A stretch of DNA of 64,000 nucleotides from a virus, in the UHGV virus genome UHGV-1440165. One strand, 5' to 3'. This document shows, one piece after another, positions 63,145 to 64,000 of the stretch. The position numbers and the translations under genes were made by a program. Under the pieces are notes generated by a model. That model was not told the DNA's origin. It saw nothing but the letters and a program-made list of their open reading frames with translations, and did no database searches. Position 1 is the stretch's first letter; every line of letters begins with the position of its first letter.

Positions 63145-64000
63145 TCAATCCTTCTTGATAACTTCGGTCAGGCCGTTGCGCAGGCCATAGCGAATATTGT
63201 GTTGGAAGTATTCCTGGAACTCCTGCTCACGCTGGCTGATGACAAACAGGTTGTTTCCGCCGAACTTATGCTTCAGCATCTCAACCGATTCCTGCACCCC
63301 GCGCTCACTCATGTTCTCAAGGATTTCGTCCAGGACAAACAGATTACATTGCACCGATGCCTTGAGGTTAGCCACGTCACGCAGAGCTAGTGTCACCGCC
63401 AGGTTCAGGCGGCTCCGCTGGCCAGTAGACAGGGAGAAGATGCTCTGCCCCTTGCGGCCTGCTGCACTCATGGTGATCTCAAAGGTATCGTCAACAACGA
63501 TGTCCAGGAACATATTGAGGGCTTCAAGATACTCGTTGATCTTGCTATTGAGGAATGGCAAGTACAGGGCGATGATGCGCGCCTTGGTCTGATCATCCTT
63601 CAGGAAGAACAACAGGTGCTGTAAGTCCTGGAGTTCCTGGTCAGCATCCTCGCCGCGCTGGTATAGATCTTCCAGTTCACCCTCAATCGAGGAGATGGCA
63701 TTCTCCAGGTCGGCGGTAGGCGTCGGCTGTACGGCCAGTTTACGCTCCAGGTCGGCAATGGACGCCACGAGAGGAGCACGACGGGCTTTCATCTCGGCGA
63801 TCTTATCATCGACGGCTTTAATCCCGCTGACGGCATTCTCTCGCGTTTGTTGTAGTGACGCAGTGATATCATCGAAGCGCACATTCAGTGCCTTGCGGAT
63901 ATCAAGGATCTTCTGCTGGCATTCACGATTCAGAGAGTTGCACTCAATCGTGGCTGCATCATGGAATCCCTGAATGTCACGGCGCAGTTGCTTGATGTTA
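63145..64000 (-). CDS. 46: SbcC/Rad50-like recombination ATPase (T4 gp46-like), C-terminal part; N-terminus beyond window
   Basis: ABC signature LSTGQRSRL and Walker B LFVLDEIL with coiled-coil region; Walker A expected upstream of the window edge. Confidence 0.6.
   Translation of the reverse strand, partial: NIKQLRRDIQGFHDAATIECNSLNRECQQKILDIRKALNVRFDDITASLQQTRENAVSGIKAVDDKIAEMKARRAPLVASIADLERKLAVQPTPTADLENAISSIEGELEDLYQRGEDADQELQDLQHLLFFLKDDQTKARIIALYLPFLNSKINEYLEALNMFLDIVVDDTFEITMSAAGRKGQSIFSLSTGQRSRLNLAVTLALRDVANLKASVQCNLFVLDEILENMSERGVQESVEMLKHKFGGNNLFVISQREQEFQEYFQHNIRYGLRNGLTEVIKKD

Noticed and set aside
1-64000. CRISPR arrays or other direct-repeat arrays
   Set aside because: No regularly spaced direct repeats seen; the only repeated elements are short start-region motifs and one tandem gene triplication

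Overview
This 64 kb window reads as a contiguous segment of a T4-like (Tevenvirinae-type) myovirus genome. All calls rest on reading the supplied six-frame translations and the nucleotide text by eye; no database search or HMM was run, so family assignments are motif-level inferences. Recognisable core genes: DNA topoisomerase II large subunit (gp39-like, single 636-aa ORF) and medium subunit (gp52-like), DexA-like exonuclease, dCMP deaminase, gp59-like helicase loader, ATP-dependent DNA ligase, gp41-like helicase, UvsX recombinase, thymidylate-synthase-family enzyme, dNMP-kinase-like protein, gp32 ssDNA-binding protein, RuvC-like resolvase, class Ia ribonucleotide reductase NrdA/NrdB with a glutaredoxin-like NrdC/NrdH, PhoH-like ATPase, gp61-like primase and the C-terminal part of an SbcC/Rad50-like gp46 ATPase cut by the window edge. 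Structural and lysis genes: a gp27/gp29-like baseplate hub block, a gp5-like central spike carrying a CHAP-type peptidase domain, a gp25-like wedge protein, a muramidase-type endolysin and a secreted SLT-like transglycosylase. Two free-standing homing endonuclease genes (GIY-YIG, HNH) are present. The most interesting accessory content is: (1) a terminator-bracketed, translationally coupled 9-gene operon (9318-12962) combining a QueC-like PP-loop ATPase with a metallophosphoesterase, a HAD-like phosphatase and six unknown proteins; (2) candidate ADP-ribose-processing proteins (NADAR-like, macro-like, DUF4326-like); (3) three small proteins with T4 internal-protein-like N-terminal capsid-targeting motifs; (4) a PspA/IM30-like coiled-coil protein coupled to four membrane proteins, three of them tandem paralogs; (5) a C39/papain-like peptidase motif protein between the two topoisomerase genes. 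No rRNA, tRNA or CRISPR array was detected. Genes are densely packed with frequent ATGA/TAATG start-stop overlaps, and many ORF-track N-termini are extended by non-ATG starts.
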